Shown here: piece by piece, positions 12,625 through 26,240 of the stretch
How the letters are laid out: each line of letters begins with the position of its first letter
Position numbering within the stretch: the first letter of the stretch is position 1
Notes under the pieces: model-generated
Told to the model about the DNA's origin: nothing
What the model saw: the letters and a program-made list of their open reading frames with translations, nothing else
The model's database searches: none
NCBI RefSeq assembly: GCF_006345805.1
Contig: NC_042998.1
Location: 103,664,001 to 103,728,000 of the forward strand
Length of the DNA stretch: 64,000 bases
Source: Octopus sinensis
Lineage: Eukaryota
Reading direction: 5' to 3'
Position numbers and translations under genes: made by a program

Positions 12625-13045
12625 ACTCAGCGTGAGATATGTAAACCTTTGTGCATAAAGAACATTTACAGAAGGACTGGGTAAGCTTCGAAACTCTATT
12701 GATATTAATCAGACTTATACGAAATTTCTTTTTCATTTCAGCATGCTTAACTCTGCCAAGCTCAAAATCTTTAACAGCGCTCCAAATCGTCATTCTCCAT
12801 GCTTCTCCATTTGCCAAAAGTGGTTCAAAAATTTTGTAACATAATTTAAGGCATTTCAAAATTTGATTTTAAAGAGTCTTTGTATCTTTTCTTCGGCTTA
12901 CTATTTATTCTCTTTCCCAGCATAAGTTGATTCCTAATAAGCATGGCTTGGATTAATGAGATCCTTGCTCCAGCAAGCACCTTAGTGGCAGAAGTGAGGA
13001 CCAGCTTATTTTCAGTATGTGGTGAAGAAAAGTCTGGCGAAATCA
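12625..13045 (-). mobile_element. RTE-clade LINE 3' fragment
   Basis: Minus-strand readings GKRINSKPKKRYKDSLKSN and FEPLLANGEAWRMTIWSAVKDFELGRVKHAEMKK match the RTE C-terminal pattern (GKR..G..KRYKD.LK...WE..A.DR..WR). Confidence 0.75.
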
Positions 13046-13214
13046 GTATGTATGTATGTATGTATGTATGTATGTATGTATGTATGTATGTATGTATGTA
13101 TGTATGTATGTATGCATGCATGCATGCATGCATGCATGTATGTATGTATGTATGTATGTATGTATGTATGTATGTATGTATGTACGTACGTATGTATGCA
13201 TGTATGTATATCTT

Positions 13215-16200
13215 TATTCAGTTTTATTTCAAGATTTCTTATCAATGAAGAGCCGGTATCTAATCTAGAACCAAGGCTACTTCATTGGAATTTCAACATC
13301 ATGTATATATGTACACGTGCAGATTTGTATTTTTTTTTGTTTTATGCATGTCTTCTCATGAATATACTTGCATATCTAGACATGCTCATATACACATAAA
13401 TGATAAACTTCTGGAAAGCTTTACAAATTTTTACAGTTCCAGTGATGGCTTGGATCCGTAGTCTTCGAATCAGCTTTCTCCTTCCTGCTTTTGAGAAGCC
13501 GAATTTCTCAAGACTGGTATTTAAGCAGTGTGTTACGTATCCCAGTGCCCCAATAATTACAAGTATAAACTTGAACTTATAATCTGGATAGAGCAACTGC
13601 ATATTTATCAATAGTTCAGCGTAAGTATTCTCTTTTTCACTAATATTCAGCTTTATGTTAACATCTGTTGAGCAGTTGATTTCCACAACTGTGCAGTTTC
13701 TCTTCTCTATCACAAATCATGATACCAGGTCTATTGTGTTTACAATTTATTGAGGTTTTCATTGGAACATTCCACCAGTACTCCTTTTTATTATGAGTGG
13801 CTATGGCTTCCACCATACTGTAGGTTCTTATTTCTCTGTCCTCGTGATTATCTTTTCAACAGATCGCTTTATACAGTATCCTAGCTACATCATTATGTCT
13901 CATCACTAGATTATACCGTGATGACATTTTCGGACAACAACTTATGATATGGATGATATCTTCGATGTTAACTCCACAAAATCTGCATCGATTGTTACAT
14001 TTCACTGCTTTTCCTGCATCTCTGTTCCTTTTGTGCATCAGGTACTTGGTTGATATTTCCTGTTCCTGGATTGCAAACGTATACCTTTCAAAGTAAGAGG
14101 TAATAATCCGGTTGTTGCTCAATGATATACTGCTTTGAGGATCAATGTTACTATCACGTAGGAGCTTTCTACTAATATACTTATGAATGGCTTTTTGCTC
14201 ATATAGGCTCATCTTTTCATCTGATTATATGTTGCGATTGAGTCGTGTGACTTCTTTGGGCATGTATTTAAGGTTATCAGACAAGGAATGCTGCTTTAGG
14301 ATATGCTTTCCAAGTCTCAGCCTCATATATGCAAATTTAGTCAAGGGATGCACTTCGACACTTGATGATTAAAAGATGTTACCGGAAGGATATGATACGA
14401 CTTTCAAAGGCAGTTTGAATCGATGTTAAACCTCAGCTGCCTTGTTTTCGTTTTAGGTAAAGGCAGTCTACGTCACGGTTGATGTAGAAATTATGTGTAC
14501 TTGTTAGTCTCTTCCGGGTTTTCACATCAATAGTTCGGATCTCATCAAGCATCCAATCAAGCAGCCCAAATGTTGGTATGAGTACTGGCACTACAAGCAC
14601 ATTGTGGGCTACTGTTTTATTGAATGCAGAGAGTTCTGAGGTCCAAATTTCCTATTTCCGGTGGTAACATTCTATAGTGATTCGTGTTTTGGTACAGGTG
14701 CCATTTTAAGATATATTTTCATCTACTCCTAGATAGCTGTAACTTTCCTCATCCGATATAGGGGCAATAGTTAAGTCATTGATAAAGATGTTGCTAGTCT
14801 GGTTTACAGTTTTTCCTCTTTTCACAACCGTATAGCAACATTTATCCTGACTAAACTCCAACCCTACATCCTTTGCGAAGGTTGAAACCAGGCCAAGCTC
14901 TTGTTTATCTCGTGCATATTCTTAGTCATTCACTAAGAAACGGTGTGTAATTTTAGTTTTTCTGTTTCTTTGTGAACCAGTGAGATATCCTACAGACTAC
15001 CTTAACATGCATGACAAGGGTTTACAGAAAGTATAAAAACATCACAGAGAGACTGTTCCTTTGGAATATGCTTCTACGATAGTGTATTCTGTCAGTGATA
15101 ATATAGTCACTCTTTGTGTTAAATTTCAAAATGGTGGCCCACGATGAAGTCAGGCCAGCTACAGCTCTGACTATGCACACTGGAACTTTAGCAATTTGAA
15201 GGGCTTCTAGCATCCATGAGTGGAGAACAAACTCAAAAGCTTTCTTGTAGTCTAGCCACATTGAAACTAAGTTCTTTCTATGCTACTGCACCTTTGACAT
15301 TACAGTTTTGTTTATCAACAATTGCTCAGCACATCCCGAGATCCCCATCTTCCCAGCTGTTTGCTTTGCTGAGATGGTGTTATTGCAATTTCGTTAACAG
15401 CTTTTAATACCGTTTCACGGGTTTTTTTTACTTAGTTCGTTAGAGAATACTCTCTCCTCGAGAGAGTACTTCAAAGTCAAAGTTATTTTTCTCGTAAAAT
15501 TTCAGTAAGGGCTTATTTCACCAATATATAATCCTGACTAGTACTATTAAAATGATTGTTGCGGTTGAGCCTGCTATTTAACATACTCGTAGTAGGGCGG
15601 ACAGGGATCAGTTACTTTAGCCAGTAATGTAGTTTGGCTGGCAGGCAGTATAGAATCTTTTGGAATGTTCAAGTTTTCGTTTTCGTTTATAGTGTTGAGA
15701 AGAAGGTTAATTTCTGATCTCTTTTGATAAAGTTACAGTCACTACCTTTCTTCCTATGTTCAGCAGATGTTGCTTGTAGGCGTAATTGTTTCACTGTAAA
15801 ATTATTCAATTCTGGATGTAGATCATCTCAATGATTTCAATCGATTCATATAGCCTACAGCAGGGTTTTGCTTCGCGCTTTTGTAGCAGTTACATAAATC
15901 GGTATTCAATTCATAACTCTAAATAAAATGAGTTTTGCAATTACGGTTTCTTCTATAGCTACAGCTAGAAAGAATCTGTTTACCTGTTGAGCTGTTTTCG
16001 TTCTGTTCCTCGGTTGTAGTGTTGTTGACGTTGCGTCCGCCATGTACTTTATAGTAACTCGCTGCAAGGTAAATTCAAGTTTCAGTAGATAATCACTACG
16101 ATCGTGAATTCATCTGTTAATTCATCTACTTTAGTTAATTTATCTGAAGATTAACCAGTTATTTAACAAGGTTGATAGTTGTGGTTCCAAAGCCGGAGAT

Positions 16201-16263
16201 ACTATCCACCGTATTTTCAATAAATAGTCTCCTACGCCAAATACGCTACTTGTCGCTCCTAGC
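13215..16263 (-). mobile_element. R4/Dong-like non-LTR retrotransposon (RT plus restriction-like endonuclease), decayed, embedded in (TACA)n
   Basis: RT motif WLDYKKAF..V.HSW; zinc knuckle CRFCGVNIEDIIHIISCC..RHNDVA; RLE region NCTVVEINC...EKENTY..L..VIIGALG. (ATGT)n arrays on both sides (13046-13210 and 16265-16300). Confidence 0.85.
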
Positions 16264-16299
16264 TATGTATGTATGTATGTATGTATGTATGTATGTATG

Positions 16300-16422
16300 T
16301 AGGGAGAATTCACAAAACAACAAAAGACGAAGACAGGTGGTATAGATAACAAATAGATGTATTAGTATAACGCTCGGGAAGTGAAAAAGTCCTTAACGTT
16401 TCGAGCCTACGCTCTTCCGCAA
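16300..16422 (-). mobile_element. PLE pLTR fragment with hammerhead-like motif (16389-16422)
   Basis: Minus strand TTGCGGA-a-GAGC GTAG GCTC-GAAAC-GTT-AAGGAC; same family as the motifs at 51098 and 58804. Confidence 0.65.
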
Positions 16423-17059
16423 GTATGTGCCAATGTATGCTTTTTTTTATACATAAGCTTGAAAATTAATTTTCCGTCAATTTCCGATAATCCTTCATTT
16501 CTTTTTCTTCGCAAATATTTAACATTAGGTTTTTGTTTGCAGTCTCCATCTATCATACACATTTCAATGCATCAAAACTATTTTACTGCATGCCATTCAG
16601 TGCAACCCCACCTACTTGAATTGAGTTGCATATGCTATTGTGTGAATGCCTTTTGTTGATTGGTTATGATCATAATTTTCAATATATCTGTTACTCAGTG
16701 CAGGGCATAGTTATAACGCTTTTAATGTACATGTATAAGTGTGCGGGTGCGTGTGTGTGAGTGTGCGTGTGTGTGCGTACGTCCGTGAGTGTGTGATTTT
16801 GACTAGTTATATTCTTGAACATGCGAGCGCAATCGCATGTATGAGTGTGTGCGTGTATATATGTGTGTGTTATGATTAAGTTTTTGTAATATTTCTACAG
16901 CTGCAAATTTCTTCTGATAGTTGTTTGATTTCGCTTGTAATTTCATACGGTTGACTGTTTCTAGCTCTATACGTAATTGTGTTTATATGCATATGGATAT
17001 GTATATGTATATATGTGTATGAGTATGCGTGTATGCATGCATATATATATTTTTAAAAT

Positions 17060-17445
17060 TCTTTCATTCTTTTATTTGTTTCAGAGATCTGACTGCAGCC
17101 ATGCTGGAACACCACCTTGAAGGATTTTAGTTGAACAAATCGATTCCAGGACATATTTTTTTAAAAGTCTAGTACTTATTCTATCGGTGTCATTTGCCGA
17201 ACTCCTGAGTTATGGCAACGTAAACACACCGACACCAGTTGTCAAGCAGTGATGGGGTCAAATACAGACAGACAGATTGACAGACAGGCATACAGACAGA
17301 CAGACACACAGACACACACACAAAAACACACGCACGTATGTATACGGTGGGCTTCTTTCAATTTCCGTCTACCAAATCCACTCACAAGGATTTGATCGGC
17401 CCGTAGCTATAGTAGAAGACACTTGCCCGAAGTGCTACGCAGCTA
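17060..17445 (-). mobile_element. SINE family A, older copy
   Basis: Diverged reverse-complement match to the family tail and body. Confidence 0.75.
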
Positions 17446-19199
17446 CACCCTATATGTATGTATGTATATATGTTTTTTTGTATGTATGTATGTATTATGT
17501 ATGTATGTATGTATGTATGTATGCATGCATGTGTATTCATATGACTGTTTCCTTGTATATGTATGTGTTAGTATGTGTATATATCTATGTGTATGAGTGT
17601 GCGTGCGCGTATGCAAGTAACATGTCATATTAATCCAAGCTGGCAGCCTATAAAAATTGCCGGTGCATTTTTAACAGGCTGCCAATTGCACCGAGTGAGA
17701 CTTGAATTGTATGGGTAACTGCTGGTCTTCCTGAAAAAAACTTGCTCAGGCCTGCGCAAACATGTGCAGAAACATAGTCGACTTTGACAGACGTGGACTC
17801 TCCCACTCACACACATATTCATAAGCCTATTCATTAGAGAAAGCATAGTGAATAAAGGCTTTGCTTTTGAATACAGTTTTACATTTCATATCTTGAAATT
17901 AAAGCTCCCTTATGTAGAATATACAAACTTTAAACTGAGCTATCAAATAAGGACCACAGCAATTTTGCTTTGCCATCTAACTCCGTAAGAATACTCGTTA
18001 AATATTTTGCTGAAATGGTTTTATATAATAATATTTACACTCACTTAGACATTAAACTGTATATATACGTAAATATTTATGTATGGACAAGGTTTATGCT
18101 CATTAGCATTCCCCACAAAAGACGAACTAACTTCAACTATATTTGAATTTGCATTTCACGTTTTGTGGGTTGACTACATATTCTGTGTAGATTTACAAAT
18201 CTTTGTTAAGGTGACAACAGAAATGAAAAAATACAAAATCTCTGAAAAATGCTTTTGTTGCAAATAACATTTAAACTATGTTCAGCCACTTCAGATAGAA
18301 AAATTAACAATCTTGTGCGTAATCTGAGTAAAAAATATTAACAAATGAACGGAACTGTAAAATATGATACTTTACTCTATTGCTACTCTCAATGTCACTT
18401 CATTCAGAGCTATGTTTTATATTGTGAAACGTTCACAAAGTGGTATTCGAAGTTCCCCGGTAAAGCTCCATGTGTGAAACAACTGATATCGCCTCACCCT
18501 TAGAACAAAATAATTTATAAAGCTTGGTGTATGCAATTCTTTTTTTTTTTTTTTGCTATTTAGCAAGATTGACCTTCACTAATTTCTTAGAAAATTTTAT
18601 ATTTGTTAAAGTTAATTTGAGTTAAGTCGTATCTATGTGTGCTTCTGCTAAACCACATAGACATTGCTATGTGATGAAGAACTTTGCTTCGAAATTACAT
18701 GGTTATTTGTTCGGTACCGTCACACGGTATTTATTCCAGTATAGCCTCAGTGGTGAGTAAGTAGGTGGAATTTGTTTTATATAAACTGTACAGAAACCTT
18801 CAAATACAGGCATGCTCCGCGTTACAGAAGTGCTGGCACTCCTAAAAACCTTGCTATAAAGGGGTTGAATTTCTTTATTATTGACTTCTCCGTTTCATGG
18901 AATTTACAGAGAAAATATACTACAAATTACCGAAGCTGTAAGCTGTTCATTCCATAAGGTGGGGGTGCATGCACATACACACATGCTGGTGTTTGCACCT
19001 CATCTATCTCCTGTAAATAACAGTTCGACAGTTGGATGTCGATGAAACAAATACTAAAGACGATAAATTCGACTGAATCCGTGAAGTGAATCACTCATCA
19101 TGACAACAGTTCAATGACAAAATCCTGAAAAGGAATAAGTGATGGACTTCCAAGCTCTATATTGAATCCATCAACTGTTACCATTGATATGAGTCACCA

Positions 19200-19900
19200 G
19201 GTAAGGATGAAGTGATAGTGCGGACACAATCTGTGAAGTTACGCAACTGGATTGTAGTTACTGCATTATGGAAGATTGCAGAAGATTTTGTGTATCGGAA
19301 AATGTGTGCAAAGGGATTACCTAGGCAGTTCGCAGCCGTTTTGAAAGACAGGCTGGATGTCTACTCTGATCTGTTAAAAGTATCTGAAGCCTATCAAGAC
19401 AAGATTTCTTTTTCGATCTGGTTAGAGGCGATCAAATATGGCCATATTTTACGATTCAGAAACGAAAGCTCAGCCCACGGAATAACGTCATACTTTTTCT
19501 CCAAAGCTTGAGAGCCAGCGGTAAGCATAAACGTGATTTTATTTATTTTATAGAATGTGGCTGTACCGTGAGCTGCGAGAGATATGATTAAACCTACAAA
19601 AAGCTCTGGGAAGCCATGAGGAAGAAGTGACTGAACAAAAATCTGTAAACGATCCCCATTCACCATGACAATGTCTGAATGTATACATCTCAGGTGACAA
19701 ATCAGAGAACCGACAAGCTGGGTTGATTAGTGGTCCTTCATTGACCATGCACTCCAGCCTTCTGACTATCGCCTGTTTGATCTAACGAAGAACCGTTTTG
19801 GGAAACAGGTTGACTATATTCCACCATAGTCTTAGGTTAATCAAAGGGAATATATAACTAAATAAAATTTAAAATCGTATGAAAGACTGTTAGAAAGATA
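19200..19900 (+). mobile_element. Mariner (DD34D-type) transposase remnant
   Basis: KMCAKGLPRQF (cf. WVPxxL), IHHDN and LQPSDYRLF (cf. LAPSDYHLF) occur in the expected order. Confidence 0.7.
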
Positions 19901-19949
19901 TTCCTTATTTTAACATGGTAGACTTAATCGGTTGTTCAATCTAAATCAC

Positions 19950-21200
19950 CTTCTAGTGTCTAGGTGTCTCTAACGAAGTCCAACTTACTGCAAACATTCA
20001 AGTTAGGCGCCTTATTGAAGATATGATTCTTCTTTCTTTCTATTAGACACGGAGATCTTCACCTTCGACAAAAACAGTGAAAACGGAAGCCTACAGTATT
20101 TAATTTTGTTGTTTATTCAGATACTATTAGAGAAGTTCTTACCTTTTGGTTATTTGGAATCGAAGAAATAAGTATCCACGGGAATCTATTCAATTGGATA
20201 TATATCCCTCACCTGCAAAACATTGTTTAAAAAATTAATACCACAGTATATCAGGAGACATTTTAACAGGAATATTTTGTCTAAAAACTTTTAACAGAGA
20301 TATTTTGTCTAAATACTTTAAACTGAAAATGTAGATCTTAATATGTTTTAAATGAAGAATAGTTAGCGTAAATACGATAGTACTGTTGTTGTAGTAATAT
20401 TTTGTTTTCTTTTGACTTTTTCTTATTCTTTTTTCTGTTGTGACATTGGTGTTGGTGTGGTGGTGTTTAAAGTGTTGAGTCAAGAGTAGGATACAGATAA
20501 AGTTTCATTGATCGAAGTAGCTAACAGCCTAGAGGTGAGGAAAACTTTAGAGGTTGGCTGTATATAAAGTTTGGAATGTGAAGGTTTATGAGAAGTGTAG
20601 GGTCGTGTCGCGTCGGTGGTGAATGATTAAAGTAGATTGTGCCGATGTGGTTGTGGCGGTGAGAGTAATTGTTTTAAAGTTCGTTGACAGAGGAGAAGGG
20701 AAAACATTTTGTAGAGATAACATAGAATTGTCGGTCTTCTTAGCGGACGGGGCGGAGTCTGAAGAAAATTCTGACGACAGACAGAGGTCTAAAACGACTG
20801 CTGAGGAAAGTCGATATACATATGATTAGCAATTAAGCTTTTGTTTCCGATTCTGTGGAGTGCGATAATCTTATTTCCGCGAAACGTTTTCAAGTGCCGA
20901 AGAACATCTGTTCATAATGCACGAAAGGTCACCTATTGCTCTGAGATTAGTAGGAAGGCGGAGCAGAGGGTGGGGTGCAAACCACATTTCATACCGCAGA
21001 CTTTCAAAAGAAACGAAGATATATTTAAAATAGGTTAGTTTGGGGAAGGAATTCAGGGGGAAAATTATAATTGTATATCTTCATAGCAGACCTAACAACC
21101 GATGTGCACCGAATAAACTTGGAAAGCGAAGAACGATCAAAACAGGTATACAATTTAAAATAATATAAAAATGGGAAGCAAAGAAGGAAAACATGTTATG
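19950..21200 (-). mobile_element. Highly decayed Penelope-like ORF
   Basis: Minus strand has a decayed (K)G..F.PTP...DL..F.R..RL..F N-terminal pattern (~20870-21010) and an F..G.Y.Q..G.P RT-like motif near 20180-20225. Confidence 0.45.
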
Positions 21201-21302
21201 ATGAAAATATCAAATACTATGTGAAATAGAAAGCGAAAGTGAATATATAAAATCGAACTAGCCCGCTGGTAAAAACTCGTCGGACCGTATGATATATATA
21301 TT

Positions 21303-21396
<94 letters not shown>

Positions 21397-21459
21397 GTGT
21401 GTGTGTGTGTGTGTAGATGCATACAAACACATAAATGGATTTATACATACATACATACA

Positions 21460-21542
<83 letters not shown>

Positions 21543-21950
21543 GTATATATAACACATGCATGCACATATATATATTGCATACACATCTAAACATACATGC
21601 ATACAATCATGCATACATATATACATGCATACAGACAGACCCATAATATATTTTCTTTAGATATTAATCAATGGCTAATTCTAAGGTTTTGAATTCCCAA
21701 TATACTCTCAAGGCAATAATTAATCACAAGCTGTAGTTACTAGAAATCAAAATATGTATATATCAATTATGTTTACAATGGAATAAGTTCCTTCAAAGAT
21801 TATATGCGTACAAAATCATATATTCCATGTATATATATATATATACATATATATATATGTTACATGTATATGAATAAATATATATGTGTGTGTGTATATA
21901 CATATGTATGTATCTATATATATATGTATTTATATGTATGTATATGTATA

Positions 21951-21986
<36 letters not shown>

Positions 21987-22022
21987 CATATATATACACA
22001 TATATATTCACATACTACATAT

Positions 22023-22077
<55 letters not shown>

Positions 22078-22123
22078 ACATATATGCACACATATACATA
22101 TACATATACACAAGCACACACAC

Positions 22124-22155
<32 letters not shown>

Positions 22156-22178
22156 ATTCATATAAATGCACACACGTA

Positions 22179-22212
<34 letters not shown>

Positions 22213-22844
22213 CATACGTATTGAGAGAGACGGTCAGAGAGAAGGAAAGAGTATAAGAGGGAACGATATGTGTTTATCTTTCAGGTTTGAACATTTCTCG
22301 TTCTTTTTTCTTGTTTTAAATTGGTTTTGGTCATTACAGTGTTTACATGTTTATTCGGTGCATATTTTATATTAACTCGGTATTAAGAGACTGGATTATA
22401 GATTGTTCTAACTCACCCATTTTCAAACCACCATCTCGTTTGAAAATACTTTGAATTTAAACGTGGTAGTCCTCTCAAAGGAAATGAAATAGACTGTATT
22501 CTTTAGATTACATGATGCGTTACTCCCTTGGACATGATTTTAACATTTGTATACTAACAGTAATGCTCAAATTTGTTAATTATCGTCTGCTGTAAGAATT
22601 GCTTGTTATAAACTGTTTTTTTTCCATTCGGTGTTACTGTAGCAGAGTTTGAGCGTAGAATGACATAAGTACTAAAAACAAGACAAACATATTTGATAAT
22701 CGTTGTATGCTGAGAAATTTGCTTTGTGTGTGTGTGTGTATAGATATAGATATATAGATAGATAGATATAGATATAGATAGATAGATATATGTGTACATA
22801 CATATATACATACCTACATATACATACATACATACATTGGAAGT

Positions 22845-23227
22845 GGAAGCACTCCGTCGGTTACGATGACGAGGATTCCGGTTGATCCGATCAATGGAAC
22901 AGCCTGCTCGTGAAATTAACGTGTAAGTGGCTGAGCACTCCACAGACACGTGTACCCTTAACGTAGTTCTCGGGGATATTCAGCGTGACACAGAGAGTGA
23001 CAAGGCCGGCCCTTTGAAATACAGGTACAACAGAAACAGGAAGTAAGAGTGAGAGAAAGTTGTGGTGAAAGAGTACAGTAGGGATCAACACCATCCCCTG
23101 CCGGAGCCGCGCGGAACTTTAGGTGTTTTCGCTCAATAAACACTCACAACGCCCGGTCTGGGAATCGAAACCGCGATCCTACGACCGCGAGTCCGCTGCC
23201 CTAACTACTGTGCCATTGCGCCTCCAC
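22845..23227 (-). mobile_element. tRNA-Arg-derived SINE family C (OR-like), full length
   Basis: Head GTGGAGGCGCAATGGCACAGTAGTTAGGGCAGCGGACTCGCGGTCGTAGGATCGCGGTTTCGATTCCC with a TCG anticodon-like loop; tail GTAACCGACGGAGTGCTTCC. Confidence 0.85.
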
Positions 23228-23229
23228 AC

Positions 23230-23521
23230 ACTCGAAGATGACCATTGACATCATTTGGTGGAATTGCTGATATGAGACCGGAGGTGGCTGGTGAGGCCAA
23301 TCCGGGCAAGAAAGCCCCTCCCACAGGTGGGGCAGAAGTGGGTAGGGGCTGTGCTATTGGTGCAGGTGGCTCTGGCTTTCCGCATCTGGCGTTTCTGTTC
23401 TGCTGACTGAATCCGTCTCTCCTCGGCTGTCTTTGCTCCTGTGGTGATTGTGCTGCGCCAGGATGAGCGGTCGGCAGCAAATGTCTCCCAAGTCTCTGTG
23501 CCGATGGAGAAGTCTTTGAGA
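23230..23521 (-). mobile_element. RTE-clade LINE 3' end, well preserved
   Basis: WETFAADRSSWRSTI...CPTCGRGFLARIGLTSHLRSH followed by a GTCATCTTCG 3' UTR motif. 5'-truncated at (TACA)n. Confidence 0.85.
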
Positions 23522-23691
23522 CATACATACATACAAACATACATACATACATGCGACTTCTCACTCATACTATTGTTGAACCGGGAGTCTAAGTACGGAC
23601 CTTCCGTAGCATTTACATAGCCTTACCTGCCATTTTGGATCTTCTGAATACCAAAACGTCTCATAATATCTTATATATATATATATATATA

Positions 23692-23722
<31 letters not shown>

Positions 23723-23979
23723 ATTTGACTTGCCTTTCTAGTATGTTAGGCAGCCTGTTAAGGTTTACTGGTCCCGTCGCTAGGCGATGGTAGAGATTTG
23801 CTCTCCTGCTCGCAATTTCACTGGACGTAGCTGTGCTTCGTTAACCAGCTAGAGGAAATGTCCTTTTGGGCTTAAAAAATCGCAGTAGTGTCCGCTCGAA
23901 CGGACATCCATGTTTAAGTGACTACCAATATTACTTGTCAATATATATATATACATATATATATATATATCTATTTCTG

Positions 23980-24585
23980 TGTGAGTTAGAGGTTGAGAAA
24001 CTAACTAAGGGATAATACCTATCCAATATACTGAAATACTGCCTAAAAGTATCCCTCCTGCAAAAATTCCCCTTGAAAGGGACTTGACTTTATTCACCTA
24101 TCCACCACTGGATGAAATACCATGGATTTTATAAATACTTTATAAATACTTTATTTCCCCTTGCTATGCCCACATTATTGTACGCTGCTATATTTCACTT
24201 GCATTCTTGTTTTTGCTTTCATTCTTATTCTTACTCTATTTAAAAGGATAAGCACACCTTATCTATTCTTAACTGACTTCTATATGTGTTAGCCCCACCC
24301 ACAACTACTTAGACGCTCTGAAGAAGCCTAGGAGCATATCCATTATCCAAGCCTTGTCTGTTCATCTCTGCATAACATTGAAGTGATGGAGATAACCTGG
24401 AAGATGTTGTTGCCTCTTGGCAGAAACGGCCGTAAGGAGCTAGTACCCGCACAACCATCTACATTTTTGCTCATTTGTTCCTATTTACTTGTTTATATCC
24501 ACACTCTTGTCTATGCAATTACCAGCTTTTTCCACTCGTTAATCTTTATCATTCATGTGTGTGTATTCATCCAATACAATTGAAT
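23980..24585 (+). mobile_element. Penelope-like 3' end/pLTR between TA arrays
   Basis: Contains the hammerhead at 24312-24440 and is bounded by (TA)n. Confidence 0.55.
24312..24440 (+). ncRNA. Type I hammerhead-like motif with a long stem II insertion
   Basis: CTGAAGA (24318) - aGCCTAGGAGCA ... ~75 nt ... TGCCTCTTGGCa - GAAAC GGCC GTA. Stem III is palindromic (ACGGCCGT); stem I is weak. Confidence 0.65.
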
Positions 24586-24596
24586 ATATATATATG

Positions 24597-24870
24597 TACT
24601 GGGTTGGCAACTAAGTTACTGCCGTTTTTCTGCCATTTACTAAATTTGTTTGAGACATTTCAAAGTAAGTTGCAAGCGCATTTTTCAATTTCTGCGAACT
24701 TATTCGATGATTTTATTAAGATTTGGTGTACAAGAAGTACCTGGGCAGATAAATGATTTTCAGTGGGTGTAACTTGCACTGCACTACCCCCACCCATTGA
24801 CCTACAAAACTTTCGCCGATGTGACATCAGAATTGACAAAACCGGGTACTTCCAAGGCCCCAAGGTTTAT
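24597..24870. mobile_element. Mariner-like TIR with decayed adjacent sequence
   Basis: TACTGGGTTGGCAACTAAGTTACTGCCGTTTTT resembles mariner TIRs; no partner TIR seen. Confidence 0.45.
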
Positions 24871-25354
24871 TTTGGAGATTCTCTTTTCTTAGATAGATTA
24901 GCAATTAAGGTTTAAGATATTCTGCATGTCATGATGTAGGCCATCTCGTGCCAGACGCTAAACCGATACCCAAATGCTCCATAGAGTGATTAAATATCAT
25001 TTCAGCGTCCGACGCGGAGCAGCTCATATATACATAAAAAAATAAAAGATGTGTAATTTAAAAATATATATAAAATAAGATTTAAATATAGATAAAAAAA
25101 GGAAAAATATACACATATATACACATAAGAATATGTAAAAAACGATATATACATATTTATACATGTTTGTAAGATGGCAGTTGACTACTCATGAGTTCCT
25201 CCGCCCTTAGGCGGGTTTTATCTTTCGTCTTGCAAGGTATCCAACAATCATCCTCCTCACCAAGCAAGCCTGGCGGTGTTGCCAGTTGCATCGCCGACGA
25301 CCCGATCATGCAACGGGCTGTAGTGGGTTACACACACACACACACACACACACT

Positions 25355-25411
<57 letters not shown>

Positions 25412-25419
25412 ATTATATA

Positions 25420-26240
25420 TATATATATAAAACGCAACTTGTGTATTTGTGTGTGTATCTGTGTTTGTGTCTGTGTGTTTAACTTCCCGGCACATCTCCT
25501 CCTAGCCAACCACAAAAAATGGGTGACTTAAAGTTTAGGCGAATGAAAATTGAACTGCGTTATTTCTGTTCCGAAATTCATCTCGCAAGTGCAAAAATCG
25601 ATACTGTGTTTGTTTAGGCCTTATCCCATGCATTGAATAGTGAACTTTACTCAGTCAGCTGTTTGACGTGAAGTGTGTTCACCACGCGTGCAAGCATGCG
25701 TAAATTGCATGAAAAATAAAAAAATCAAGATATATAAACGAATCGCCGTAAACATTGTAGAAATTCGGCAAAGAAATGAATTTTCGGGATGTAGCCTGGA
25801 GGGTTTTTTCGTATTAATCGTTTGGACTTTGTGAACACATACCAATTGTTTTCATAACATTTTTAACGCTTTGAATTAAATGTGACCATTTTGCGTTGAG
25901 TCTGCAGTTTGAATCACTTTAACCAAATTTTAGCAGGCTGGATTTTTGATCATCACGATACATCTCCAGCGACTCCCTGAAACTCTCCCCTGAAATCCCC
26001 GTTGAGAAATACTGATCTAAAAGAATAATTCAACAATGCAATTATTTGATCAACAAAAATTTATGAAACGCTTCTACGTATTTCCTATTGAGGAAATGGA
26101 ACACATAAGCGCAAAAATAGAGGGCATTAAATGCTTGATTTTAAAACCAAAATAATTGAATTTTGATTGAACTTCATCCAAGTTTAGCTTAATTCGCGCG
26201 TGCATAGAACGCGAGCGCACGAGCCGGGCAATACTGCTAG
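25420..26240 (+). mobile_element. Non-autonomous Helitron
   Basis: TATATATAAAA start lies inside (TA)n; 3' end is ...GCCGGGCAATACTGCTAG|T as in the other Helitrons here. Confidence 0.7.

Noticed and set aside
23150-23227. tRNA-Arg gene (likewise heads at 59754 and 39725)
   Set aside because: These are tRNA-derived SINE heads that continue into SINE bodies and lack a proper acceptor stem.
23251-23568. C2H2-like finger as a host zinc-finger gene
   Set aside because: It is the standard C-terminal finger of RTE LINE ORFs, preceded by RTE motifs.
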